Below, piece by piece: positions 40,399 to 49,431 of a stretch of 64,000 nt of DNA. The translations under genes and the position numbers were made by a program. Position 1 is the stretch's first letter. Every line of letters begins with the position of its first letter. Source of the stretch: Burkholderiaceae bacterium (lineage in GTDB: Bacteria > Pseudomonadota > Gammaproteobacteria > Burkholderiales > Burkholderiaceae_C); assembly GCA_044225675.1 (NCBI GenBank), contig JBGAIH010000022.1:6018-70017 (forward strand), given 5' to 3'. The notes beneath the pieces were generated by a model. That model searched no databases. It saw only the letters and a program-made list of their open reading frames with translations, and was not told the DNA's origin.

Positions 40399-41103
40399 TC
40401 AGCGCGCGACGCCCAGCAGCCGGTCCAGCAGCTCCGGCGACTCGCGCAGGGACTCGGCCGTGCCGCTGTGGACGACGGTGCCATGGTCCAGCACGACAGC
40501 CTGGTGCGAGATAGCCAGAATGGCCTGCGGGTGCTGCTCCACGATGATGGCAGAAAGTCCCTCGTCGCGGGTGATGCGGGCGATCGCGCGCAGCAGTTCT
40601 TCCACGATGATGGGCGCCAGGCCCTCCAGCGGCTCGTCCAGCAGCAGCAGACGCGGATTGAGCACGAGGGCCCGGCCCACGGCCAGCATCTGCTGCTCGC
40701 CGCCCGACAGCTGCGTGCCCAGGTTGCCCTTGCGTTCGGCCAACCGCGGGAACATGCCGTAGACGCGCTGCGGGTCCCACGGCCCGGGCCGGGCCACGGC
40801 CGTGAGGTTCTCGTGCACGGTGAGCGACTTGAAGATGTTGCGCTCCTGCGGCACCCAGCCGATGCCGGCGGCCGCGCGCTGGTGCGGCGCCAGCCGGTGC
40901 AGCGCCACGTCGCCCAGGCTGATGCTGCCACCATGCTGGCGGGTGGCGCCAGCCAGGGTGTTGATGAGCGTGGTCTTGCCCGTGCCGTTGCGGCCGAGCA
41001 GCGCCAGCGTCTCGCCCTGCGCCAGCGCGAGCGACACATCGCTCAGGATCACGGCTTCGCCATAGCCGGCGCTCAAGGCCTCGACGCGCAGCAGTTCAGA
41101 CAT
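40399..41103 (-). CDS. LIV-type ABC transporter ATP-binding protein (LivF-like)
   Basis: ORF 40399..41154 trimmed to ATG 41103. GRNGTGKTT Walker A, LSGGEQQML signature, LLLLDEP Walker B. Confidence 0.9.
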   Translation of the reverse strand: MSELLRVEALSAGYGEAVILSDVSLALAQGETLALLGRNGTGKTTLINTLAGATRQHGGSISLGDVALHRLAPHQRAAAGIGWVPQERNIFKSLTVHENLTAVARPGPWDPQRVYGMFPRLAERKGNLGTQLSGGEQQMLAVGRALVLNPRLLLLDEPLEGLAPIIVEELLRAIARITRDEGLSAIIVEQHPQAILAISHQAVVLDHGTVVHSGTAESLRESPELLDRLLGVAR

Positions 41104-41899
41104 GAGCGGCCCCTTCCCCGTGGCCCAGGTACACGGCCTTGACCTGCGGATCATTGGAAATCTGGTCGGGGTCGCCCTCGGTCAGCACTGCGCCATTGAC
41201 CAGCACCGTCATGCGGGTCGCGAAGCTGAACACCAGGTCCATGTCGTGCTCGATCAGCAGCACCGACACGTCGGGCGGCAGCGCACCCACGGTCTGCAGC
41301 AGCTCCTCGCGTTCGCCGGCGGGCACGCCGGCCACCGGCTCGTCAAGCAGCAGCACGCGCGGCTCGCAGGCCAGCGCGATCGCGATCTCCAGCAGCCGGC
41401 GCTTGCCATAGGCCATGAGCCGGGTCTCCTGGTTCATCACGGGGGTGAGGTGGAACTGCTCCAGCAGCTGCTCGCAGCGCTCGGTCACGGCGGTGTCGCG
41501 GCCGAGCGCCTGCCACCAGCGGCCGCCCAGCCCGCGGTGCTGCGACACGGTCAGCGCCAGCGTCTGCAGCGGCGTGAGGGTGTCGAACAGCTGGTTGATC
41601 TGGAAGGTGCGCACCATGCCACGGCGCACCCGCTGGTGCGGCGCCAGGTTCGTGATGTCCGCGCCTTCGAGCACGATGCGGCCTTCGGTGGGATCGAGCA
41701 CGCCGGTCAGCAGGTTGATGAGCGTGGTCTTGCCGGCCCCGTTCGGGCCGATCAGCGCATGCCGCGCGCCCCGTCGCAGGTCGAGCGACACGTTGTTCGT
41801 CGCGGCGATCCCGCCGAAGCGCTTGACCAGGCCCTGCGCGGCCAGCACCACGGGCGGGGCCTCGCCCGCACCCTCGCGGGTCTGAAGCACGGCGCTCAT
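41096..41899 (-). CDS. LIV-type ABC transporter ATP-binding protein (LivG-like)
   Basis: Part of ORF 41096..42802; ATG at 41899. GPNGAGKTT, LLLLDEPVAG. Confidence 0.9.
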   Translation of the reverse strand: MSAVLQTREGAGEAPPVVLAAQGLVKRFGGIAATNNVSLDLRRGARHALIGPNGAGKTTLINLLTGVLDPTEGRIVLEGADITNLAPHQRVRRGMVRTFQINQLFDTLTPLQTLALTVSQHRGLGGRWWQALGRDTAVTERCEQLLEQFHLTPVMNQETRLMAYGKRRLLEIAIALACEPRVLLLDEPVAGVPAGEREELLQTVGALPPDVSVLLIEHDMDLVFSFATRMTVLVNGAVLTEGDPDQISNDPQVKAVYLGHGEGAAHV

Positions 41900-42885
41900 G
41901 ACGGCCTCCGCGCCCGGCGCCAGGTCCAGGGCTTGAGCAGCCGGTCGCGCCCCACGAGAACGAGCACCACGAGGAACAGCCCGATCCAGAAGGTCCAGTA
42001 CTGCGGCGTGATCGCCGACAGCAAGTCCTGCATCAGCTTGAACACGATCGCGCCGGCCACGCCGCCATAGAGCCAGCCCGTGCCGCCGATCACGAGGATC
42101 AGCATCACGTCGGCCGAGCGGTGGAACTCGAACAGGTCGAGCGAGGCGAAGCCGCCGGTCTGCGCCAGCAGCGCGCCGGCCGCGCCCGCCATGCCGGCGG
42201 CCACGGTGTACACCAGCGCCAGGCGCGAATGCACCGGAATGCCGATGGCCATCGCGCGCAGCCGGTTGTCGCGGATCGCCATGAAGGTGGCGCCCAGCGG
42301 CGAATGCACCAGGCGGCGTGCCAGCACGAACAGCACCAGCAGCACCGTCATCGAATACCAGGCGGCCACGCGGCCGGTGAGGTCGAACTCGAAAGTCCCC
42401 AGCAGCTTGCCGATGGTCACGCCCTGCAGGCCGTCGGCGCCACCGGTGAGCCAGTCGAGCTTGTTGGCCAGCTCCATCATGATGAGCCCGGCGCCCAGCG
42501 TCACCATGAGACGCGTGAGGTCGCTGCCGCGCAGGATGGTCAGCGAGAACAGCGCACCCAGCAGCGTCGCGCAGGCCGTGCCGAACAGCAGGCCCACCGT
42601 CGGGTCGGGCATCACGTGCTTGGCGAACAGCGCCGCCGAATACGCGCCCATGCCGAAGAAGGCCGCATGGCCCAGCGACACGATGCCGGTGTAGCCGAGG
42701 ATCAGATCGAGCGAGATGGCGAACAGCGCGACGATCGCGATCTCGTTGATGATGAGCGCGTGCCCGCCAAGCACCAGGGGTGAGGCGAAGGCCAGCACCC
42801 ACAGGGCCAGCTCCCAGGGCTTCCAGCGGCTGGCCTCCAGCAGCGAGCGGCGGACGGCGGGCGTCTGCGTTGCAGGAGCGGTCAT
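41896..42885 (-). CDS. LIV-type ABC transporter permease (LivM-like)
   Basis: Part of ORF 41896..43578. The ATG at 42885 forms an ATGA overlap with the LivH-like stop. LGYTGIVSLGHAAFFGMGAY. Confidence 0.85.
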   Translation of the reverse strand: MTAPATQTPAVRRSLLEASRWKPWELALWVLAFASPLVLGGHALIINEIAIVALFAISLDLILGYTGIVSLGHAAFFGMGAYSAALFAKHVMPDPTVGLLFGTACATLLGALFSLTILRGSDLTRLMVTLGAGLIMMELANKLDWLTGGADGLQGVTIGKLLGTFEFDLTGRVAAWYSMTVLLVLFVLARRLVHSPLGATFMAIRDNRLRAMAIGIPVHSRLALVYTVAAGMAGAAGALLAQTGGFASLDLFEFHRSADVMLILVIGGTGWLYGGVAGAIVFKLMQDLLSAITPQYWTFWIGLFLVVLVLVGRDRLLKPWTWRRARRPS

Positions 42886-43757
42886 GCCTTGCCCCCTTTG
42901 CGCACGAACAGGCCCTGCGGACGCCAGATCAGAATGACGATCATGAGGCTGTAGACGATGAAGGCCCCGAGCTTGGGGATGTAGTACTTGCCCGCCACGT
43001 CGGCGATGCCCAGCAGCAGGGCCGCCAGCAGCGGGCCGGTGATGGACGAGGTGCCGCCCACCGCCACGACGATCAGGAAATAGATCATGAACTTGAGCGG
43101 AAAGCTCGGATCGAGCCCGAGCACCTCGGCACCCAGCGCACCCCCGAGGCCCGCCAGACCCGAGCCGAAGGCGAAGGTCGACAGGAACACCATGTTGACG
43201 TTGATGCCCAGCCCTGCCGCGACGCGCTGATCGTCCACCGAGGCGCGCAGACGGCTGCCGAAGCGCGTGGCCGACAGGATGTACTGCAGGGCCACCGTCA
43301 GTGCCGCGCACACGGCGATGATGAACAGCCGGTAATGCCCCATGCCGAGGATCCAGTCGCCGGAGCCGATCTCGGTGCGGCCCTTGAGCCATTCCGGCAG
43401 CTGGATGATCTGCTGTGTCGAGCCGACGAAATAGTCCACGGCGGCCACCGCCATGAACACGAGCCCGATGGAGAACAGCACCTGGTCGAGGTGCGGCTTG
43501 TGGTAGAGCGGCCTGTACAGCGTGCGCTCCAGCACGGCTCCGAGCAGGGCCGCGCCGAGGAAGGCGGCCGGCAGGCACAGCAGGAAGGGCACGTCGGCCT
43601 TCTGCATGAGCAGCACGGTGATGTAGCCGCCCACCATGGCAAAGGCGCCATGGGCCAGGTTGATGAAATTCATCAGCCCCATGGTCACCGCCAGGCCGAC
43701 GGCCAGGATGAAGAGCAGCATGCCGTAGGCAATGCCGTCGAACAGGATGGTCAGCAT
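42882..43757 (-). CDS. LIV-type ABC transporter permease (LivH-like)
   Basis: ORF track. MLTILFDGIAYGMLLFILAVGLAVTMGLMNFINLAHGAF. Confidence 0.9.
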   Translation of the reverse strand: MLTILFDGIAYGMLLFILAVGLAVTMGLMNFINLAHGAFAMVGGYITVLLMQKADVPFLLCLPAAFLGAALLGAVLERTLYRPLYHKPHLDQVLFSIGLVFMAVAAVDYFVGSTQQIIQLPEWLKGRTEIGSGDWILGMGHYRLFIIAVCAALTVALQYILSATRFGSRLRASVDDQRVAAGLGINVNMVFLSTFAFGSGLAGLGGALGAEVLGLDPSFPLKFMIYFLIVVAVGGTSSITGPLLAALLLGIADVAGKYYIPKLGAFIVYSLMIVILIWRPQGLFVRKGGKA

Positions 43758-43836
43758 GCTCGGGCCGCGATCGTCTGAATGCGCATACGGGAAAGGCCCG
43801 GGCGGCCGTGCCGCCCGGGGCGAAGGGGCAGGCCGC

Positions 43837-45006
43837 TTACTTGGTCTTGCCCGGGTCCTTGACGTCCTTGATGACGTCGAACTCGACGTTGTAGAGCTGC
43901 CCGTCCTTCTTCTCGACCTTGCGCAGATAGATGTTCTGCACCACGTCGCGGGTCTGCGCGTCGATGTACATCGGGCCGCGCGGGCTCTCGAACAGCTGGC
44001 CCTTCATGGCTTCGAGCAGCGCGTCGCCGCCGCCCTTGCCGCCGGTCTTCTTCAGCGCCTCGTAGATGACGCGCATGCCGTCATAGCCGCCGACGGCCAT
44101 GAAGTTCGGGCGCAGGCCCTTGTTGGCCTTCTGGAAGGCCTCGACGAACTTCTTGTTGAGCGCCGAGGGGTGGGCCGCCGAGTAGTGGTGGGAGGTGACC
44201 ACGCCCAGCGCGCCGTCGCCCATGTCGTTGAGCTGGTCGTCGTCCGTCACGTCGCCGGTGCCGATCAGCTTGATGCCGGCCTTGTCCATGCCGCGCTCGA
44301 GGAACTGCTTCATCACGGCCGCGCCCGCGCCCGAGGGCACGAACACGAACAGCGCGTCAGGCTTGCTGTCGCGCACCTTCTGCAGGAAGGGGGCGAAGTC
44401 CGGGTTGCGAAGCGGCACGCGCAGCGCCTCGGTCACCTGGCCGCCGTTGAAGGTCAGGCGGTCCTTGAAGAACTTCTCTGCATCGAGGCCCGGACCGTAG
44501 TCGGAGACCAGCGTCACCACCTTCTTGATGCCGTTCTTGGGCGCCCAGTCGGCCAGCGCGACCGAGGCCTGCGGCAGCGTGAAGCTCGTGCGCACGACGT
44601 AGGGCGAAGCCTGGGTGATGCTGGAGGTGGCAGCGGCCATCACCACCAGCGGCACCTTGGCCTGCGTGGCGATCTGCGCGGTGGCCAGGGCCGAGGGCGT
44701 GATGCCCATGCCGGCGAGCACGTTGACCTTGTCGTTGACCACCAGTTCCTGGGCCAGCCGCTTGGTGACGTCGGGGATGCTGGTGTCGTCCTTGACGATC
44801 AGTTCCACCTTCTTGCCCGCGACGGTGGCGCCGTTCTGCGCCATCCAAAGGCGCGCAGCCGCCTCGATCTGCCGGCCGGTCGTGGCCTGCTGGCCGGTCA
44901 TCGGAAGGATGAGGCCGATCTTGAAGGTGTTGTCCTGCGCAAAGGCGCTGCCGGTGAGGGCCAGCACGGCCGCAGCCGTGGCGCTGAGGAAATGGCGTTT
45001 GTTCAT
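43837..45006 (-). CDS. LIV-type (type I PBP) ABC substrate-binding protein
   Basis: ORF track. Signal peptide, then FKIGLILPMTGQQATTGRQ. Confidence 0.9.
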   Translation of the reverse strand: MNKRHFLSATAAAVLALTGSAFAQDNTFKIGLILPMTGQQATTGRQIEAAARLWMAQNGATVAGKKVELIVKDDTSIPDVTKRLAQELVVNDKVNVLAGMGITPSALATAQIATQAKVPLVVMAAATSSITQASPYVVRTSFTLPQASVALADWAPKNGIKKVVTLVSDYGPGLDAEKFFKDRLTFNGGQVTEALRVPLRNPDFAPFLQKVRDSKPDALFVFVPSGAGAAVMKQFLERGMDKAGIKLIGTGDVTDDDQLNDMGDGALGVVTSHHYSAAHPSALNKKFVEAFQKANKGLRPNFMAVGGYDGMRVIYEALKKTGGKGGGDALLEAMKGQLFESPRGPMYIDAQTRDVVQNIYLRKVEKKDGQLYNVEFDVIKDVKDPGKTK

Positions 45007-45104
45007 GATGCGTGTCTCCGGGTTAGAAAACTGGGGCCGAGTGTCTGACCGCTTGCGTTATTCCACAAGAGGGATTTCCGACTTTTAGATATAACAAAAT
45101 GCGA

Positions 45105-46091
45105 TCACTGCTCCGGCCGGTAGGCTGAATCCAGCACCACCGAGCCGACCACACGCGACACGCAGGCGCAGATGCGCCGTCCTTCGGACTTTTCCTCGTC
45201 GCTCAGGAACACGTCGCGGTGATCGATTTCGCCGTCCACCGCGATCACGTCCATGGCGCACAGGCCGCACTCGCCACGCCGGCAGTCGGAGATCGTCATC
45301 ACGCCGGCCTGGTCGAGCGCGTCGAGCAGGCTGCAGTCGGCCGGCACGGTGATGTCGAGCTGGTGACGCGGGAGCTGGACCCGAAAGCGCTGCGGCGCGA
45401 AGCGGCCGCTGCTGCCGAAAGTCTCGTAGCGCAGATCGGCCTCGGGTCGGCCGGCCTCGCGCCAGGCACGCCGGGCGGCATCGAGCATGGACACCGGGCC
45501 GCACAGGTACATCTGCCCGCCCGGGGGCAGAGCCGCGATCTCGGCGCCGAAGTCGACCCGCACGCCCTGCCCCGACACGCACGTGCGCACCGCATCGCCG
45601 AGGGCCGCGGCAAGTTCATCGGCCAGCGCCAGTTCGTCGGCGGAGCGCGCGGCGTAGACCGCGCGCAGCGATGCGCCGCGCGCAGCCAGCACCCGCGCCA
45701 TTCCGACCAGCGGCGTCACGCCGATGCCGCCGGCCACCAGCAGGTAGGCCGGCGCGTTCAGGTCCAGCGGGAAGTGGTTGTGGGGGCCGCTCGCACGCAG
45801 CCGGTCGCCGGCGGACAGGGTCCACATCGCCAGCGAGCCGCCCTTGCCGTCGTCCAGCCGCTTGACGGCGATGCGCCAGCAGCCGCCCTCGGGTTCGTCG
45901 CGGAACTCGCCCACGAGCGAGTAGGAGCGCGTCTGAGGCCGGCCGCCAGCCAGCACCTGAACCTGCAGATGGCTGCCCGGCTCCCAGGGCGCCGCACCGC
46001 CATCGGGCCGCAGCCGGATCTCGCGGACGGTGGGCGTGAGGTCGCGGATCGATACGACCGTGGCCTCGGTCCAGGCCTGGGAACTGCGCAT
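45105..46091 (-). CDS. vanB: Vanillate O-demethylase oxidoreductase subunit (VanB; PDR-type FMN/NADH/[2Fe-2S] reductase)
   Basis: ORF track. RSYSL flavin motif, GGIGVTP, C-terminal CRRGECGLC...C plant-type ferredoxin. Confidence 0.85.
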   Translation of the reverse strand: MRSSQAWTEATVVSIRDLTPTVREIRLRPDGGAAPWEPGSHLQVQVLAGGRPQTRSYSLVGEFRDEPEGGCWRIAVKRLDDGKGGSLAMWTLSAGDRLRASGPHNHFPLDLNAPAYLLVAGGIGVTPLVGMARVLAARGASLRAVYAARSADELALADELAAALGDAVRTCVSGQGVRVDFGAEIAALPPGGQMYLCGPVSMLDAARRAWREAGRPEADLRYETFGSSGRFAPQRFRVQLPRHQLDITVPADCSLLDALDQAGVMTISDCRRGECGLCAMDVIAVDGEIDHRDVFLSDEEKSEGRRICACVSRVVGSVVLDSAYRPEQ

Positions 46092-46108
46092 GGAATGTCT
46101 CCTCGATT

Positions 46109-46870
46109 TCAGCGTTTGCGGATGAGCCGCACGCCCGGCATCTGGTCGAGCCTCGGACTCGTGACGGCTTCGCGCAGGTTGCGCTGGGCGATGCGCGAGT
46201 GCTCGCGCATGATGGCCTCGGCACGCGAGCCCTCGCGCCGCTCGATGGCCTCGAGCACCTGCCAGTGCTGGTCCTGCGCGACGATGAGCATGTCGCGCGC
46301 CTGCGGCGAATTGGCCTGCACGACGACGAATCCGGAAGGCGATGCGAACGGCAGGCTGTTGACGCGTTCGATCTCGCGCGCGATCACGCCGCTGCCGGCC
46401 ATCTCGCTGAGCAAGTCGTGGAAGCGGCCGTTCAGCCGCACGTAGGCTGAGAACGCGTCGTCGTTCAACGCGGGCTGGGCGAGCACGGCGTCGATCTGCG
46501 CCAGCGCCTCGCGCGCCTCGCCCAGCACCACGGGCGGAACGCCGCGCTCGGCCGCCAGCCGTGCCGACAGGCCTTCGAGCGTGCCGCGCAGCTCGATCGC
46601 CTCGGAGATGTCGCGCTCGGAGAACGTGCGCACCGCATAGCCGCCATTGGGCAGGGCCTCCAGCAGGCCCTCCTGCTCCAGCCGCATCAGCGCCGCGCGG
46701 ATCGGCGTGCGCGACACGCCCAGCTTCTCGACGATGGAAAGCTCGGCAATGCGCGCGCCGCCGGGCAGCTCGCCCGAGAGAATCATCTCGCGCAGCCGAA
46801 GCTGGGCCTTGACGGCTTGCGAGGCACCGGCTTCCGGCGCGTCGACGGACAGGGAGGACAGCGTGGCCAT
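46109..46870 (-). CDS. vanR: GntR-family (FCD) regulator, VanR-like
   Basis: ORF track. Winged HTH LSIVEKLGVSRTPIRAALMRLEQEGLL. Located between vanA and vanB. Confidence 0.75.
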   Translation of the reverse strand: MATLSSLSVDAPEAGASQAVKAQLRLREMILSGELPGGARIAELSIVEKLGVSRTPIRAALMRLEQEGLLEALPNGGYAVRTFSERDISEAIELRGTLEGLSARLAAERGVPPVVLGEAREALAQIDAVLAQPALNDDAFSAYVRLNGRFHDLLSEMAGSGVIAREIERVNSLPFASPSGFVVVQANSPQARDMLIVAQDQHWQVLEAIERREGSRAEAIMREHSRIAQRNLREAVTSPRLDQMPGVRLIRKR

Positions 46871-46889
46871 GGCAGTCGGTCCTCGGCGC

Positions 46890-48008
46890 TCAGGCGGCCT
46901 GGCGGATCGGAATCACCGGCGCCTTGGGCCGCTCGCGCGCCACCAGCCCGTCGATCAGGCGGCGCGCCCACATCGAGCCGGCGTCGATGTTGAGGTTGTA
47001 GAAGCGGTGGTCCGGGTGCTCGTCCATCGCCACCTGCTGGGCTTCGAGCACGTGCTCGTCCTCGCGAAAGATCGAGGCCACGCCTTCGCGCAGCTGGTGC
47101 GTCAGGCGCTGCTCGCCCAGGCAGTAGTTGCGCGCGAAGGCCCAGAAATAATGGCAGCTGCCGTCGGTTTCGGGCGTGATGGTGTTGAGCACGAAGCCGT
47201 TGACGCCGCGGCTGCGGTCGCTCTGCGCGGGGTCGCCCTGGTTGCCGCCGGGCGGCACGGCACCCGTGCCCGCCTCGGCCACGCCGACGTCAATGGTCAC
47301 GGTGCACGGCGCCTCGAAGCGGATGATCTGCCAGCGGTCCACCTTGCCCTCGTAGCCGCGCGCATGACGGATCTGCGCAGCCCAGAACGGCGGCGGGTCG
47401 ATGTTCTCCATCCAGCGGGTGACCGTGGCCGTGCGGTCGCCGTGCGTGGCCACGAAGGGCGCCTCGGCCACGGCGCGCTGGCCGATGCTGGAGCCGTGCA
47501 CGAAGGTCTCGTGCGTGAGGTCCATCAGGTTGTCGACCACGAGGCGGTAGTCGCACTTGACGGTGATCAGCTTGCCGTCGCCGGCCCAGGCCGGATCGTC
47601 GTTCCAGTGCAGGTCGGGCACCAGCGCCGGGTCGGCCTTGGCCGGGTCGCCAGGCCAGATCCAGACGAAGCGGTGGCGCTCGATGACCGGATAGCTGCGC
47701 ACGCAGGCCGAAGGATTGAGCGTCTCCTGGCTCGGCATGTGGGTGCAGCGGCCCTGCGCGTTGTAGACGAGGCCGTGGTAGCCGCAGACCACCTCGTCGC
47801 CCTCCAGCCGGCCCAGCGACAGAGGCAGCAGCCGGTGCCAGCATGCGTCCTCCAGCGCTGCGACCTGCCCGCCGCTCAGGCGGTACAGCACAAGCTTCTG
47901 GTTGCAGATCGTGCGGGCCAGCAGTGAACGCCCGACTTCGACGTCATAGGCGGCGGCGTACCAGGCGTTCAGCGGGAAGGCGGATGAGGACGACGATGCA
48001 GGCTTCAT
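46890..48008 (-). CDS. vanA: Vanillate O-demethylase oxygenase subunit (VanA; Rieske non-heme iron)
   Basis: ORF 46890..48044 trimmed to ATG 48008. Rieske CWHRLLPLS...CGYHG; NLMDLTHETFVH iron site. Confidence 0.9.
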   Translation of the reverse strand: MKPASSSSSAFPLNAWYAAAYDVEVGRSLLARTICNQKLVLYRLSGGQVAALEDACWHRLLPLSLGRLEGDEVVCGYHGLVYNAQGRCTHMPSQETLNPSACVRSYPVIERHRFVWIWPGDPAKADPALVPDLHWNDDPAWAGDGKLITVKCDYRLVVDNLMDLTHETFVHGSSIGQRAVAEAPFVATHGDRTATVTRWMENIDPPPFWAAQIRHARGYEGKVDRWQIIRFEAPCTVTIDVGVAEAGTGAVPPGGNQGDPAQSDRSRGVNGFVLNTITPETDGSCHYFWAFARNYCLGEQRLTHQLREGVASIFREDEHVLEAQQVAMDEHPDHRFYNLNIDAGSMWARRLIDGLVARERPKAPVIPIRQAA

Positions 48009-48025
48009 GGATACCGATTGTATAC

Positions 48026-48049
48026 ATTGATTGATGAAAATCAATCAAT
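48026..48049. promoter_or_regulatory. Perfect 10-bp inverted repeat attgattgat-gaaa-atcaatcaat; candidate VanR operator
   Basis: Read directly from the sequence, in the AT-rich 150-bp vanA/MetE-like divergent gap. An 8-bp tgtataca palindrome lies adjacent at 48019-48026. Confidence 0.45.
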
Positions 48050-48158
48050 TCGGCGATTTCAAGTCGATTCACGGCATTTCTGTATTCAGCGCCGCCATCG
48101 AAAGTTGACCTACCATTGCCGCTGGCCCTCTTACCACTTTCCGATCCGGAGACATTCC

Positions 48159-49274
48159 ATGACCGCGACCCTCCCCGCCCGCTATGACCACGTCGGCAGT
48201 TTCCTGCGTCCCAAGTACCTGCTGGAAGCGCGCGAGCAGAAGGCGCGCGGCGACATCACGCCCGAGCAGCTGCGCGCCGTCGAGGACAAGGCCATCACCG
48301 AGATCGTGAAGTTCCAGGAGGACATCGGCCTCAAGAGCATCACCGACGGGGAGTTCCGCCGCACGTACTTCCACATCGACTTCCTGGAGCAGATCGGGGG
48401 CGTGAAGACCGACATCCCGGTCACGATCCGCAAGCCAGACGGCACCGAGGAACTGGCGCCGCCCGTGATGCGCGTCATCGACAAGGTGCGCCACGTCAAG
48501 GACATCCAGCTGGCCGACTTCAACTACCTCAAGAGCCAGGTCAGCGCCGGCCGCACGCCCAAGGTCACCATTCCCTCGCCCACCATGCTGCACTTTCGCG
48601 GCGGCCGTGCCGGCATCAGCCGGGACGCCTACCCCGAGCTGGACCCGGCCTTCTACGACGACGTGGCCAAGGCCTATGGTGAGGAGCTGCGCTCGCTGGC
48701 CGCCGCGGGCTGCACCTACGTGCAGATGGACGACACCAATCTCGCCTACCTGTGCGACGAGAAGATGCGCGAGGCGGCCCGCCAGCGCGGCGACGACCCC
48801 AATGAGCTGCCGCACCGCTATGCCGCCTTCATCAACAAGGTGGTCGCGCAAAAGCCCGCCGGCATGCTGCTGGCCATGCACCTGTGCCGTGGCAACTTCA
48901 AGAGCACGCATGCGGCCGCAGGCAACTACGAACCGGTGGCCGAAGCCCTGCTCAAGGAGATGGACCTGGACGCCTACTTCCTCGAGTACGACGACGACCG
49001 CTCGGGCGACTTCCGGCCGCTGCGCTACCTGCCCAAGGGCAAGACCGTGGTCCTCGGTCTGGTGACGACCAAGTTCGGCGAGATGGAAAGCAAGGACGAC
49101 CTCAAGCGCCGCATCGACGAGGCCGCGCGCTATGCGCCGCTGGAGCAGCTCGCGCTGTCGCCGCAGTGCGGCTTTTCCAGCACCGTGCACGGCAACAACA
49201 TCGCGGTGGAAGCGCAGCGCGCCAAGCTGCGGCTGGTGGTGGAAACGGCGCAGGACGTCTGGGGCACGGCCTGA
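48159..49274 (+). CDS. Cobalamin-independent methionine synthase II (MetE C-terminal-like) family Zn methyltransferase
   Basis: ORF 48018..49274 trimmed to ATG 48159 (ccggagacattccATG). MTATLPARYDHVGSFLRPKYL; putative Zn ligands MHLCRGN and SPQCGFSS. Confidence 0.85.
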   Translation: MTATLPARYDHVGSFLRPKYLLEAREQKARGDITPEQLRAVEDKAITEIVKFQEDIGLKSITDGEFRRTYFHIDFLEQIGGVKTDIPVTIRKPDGTEELAPPVMRVIDKVRHVKDIQLADFNYLKSQVSAGRTPKVTIPSPTMLHFRGGRAGISRDAYPELDPAFYDDVAKAYGEELRSLAAAGCTYVQMDDTNLAYLCDEKMREAARQRGDDPNELPHRYAAFINKVVAQKPAGMLLAMHLCRGNFKSTHAAAGNYEPVAEALLKEMDLDAYFLEYDDDRSGDFRPLRYLPKGKTVVLGLVTTKFGEMESKDDLKRRIDEAARYAPLEQLALSPQCGFSSTVHGNNIAVEAQRAKLRLVVETAQDVWGTA

Positions 49275-49431
49275 GGCTGCGCGTCACGAGACAAACGCGC
49301 GGCCGGGCGTTTGTCGTCGCGTGGCGGCAGGATCGCGCTGATCGCGGCGGGGTCTTCCCGGAGGGTGCCACGGGGCGCCGGTTAAGATGGACGTCCTTTT
49401 GTCCTGCGTCCGTTCCAGCGGCTTCTGCCCC

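Noticed and set aside
48145-48154. B12-box-like tccggagaca upstream of the MetE-like gene (possible cobalamin riboswitch)
   Set aside because: It overlaps the ribosome-binding site only 5 nt before the ATG. The whole gap is 150 bp and is shared with the vanA promoter. No other cobalamin-riboswitch blocks are visible, so it is most likely just the Shine-Dalgarno region.
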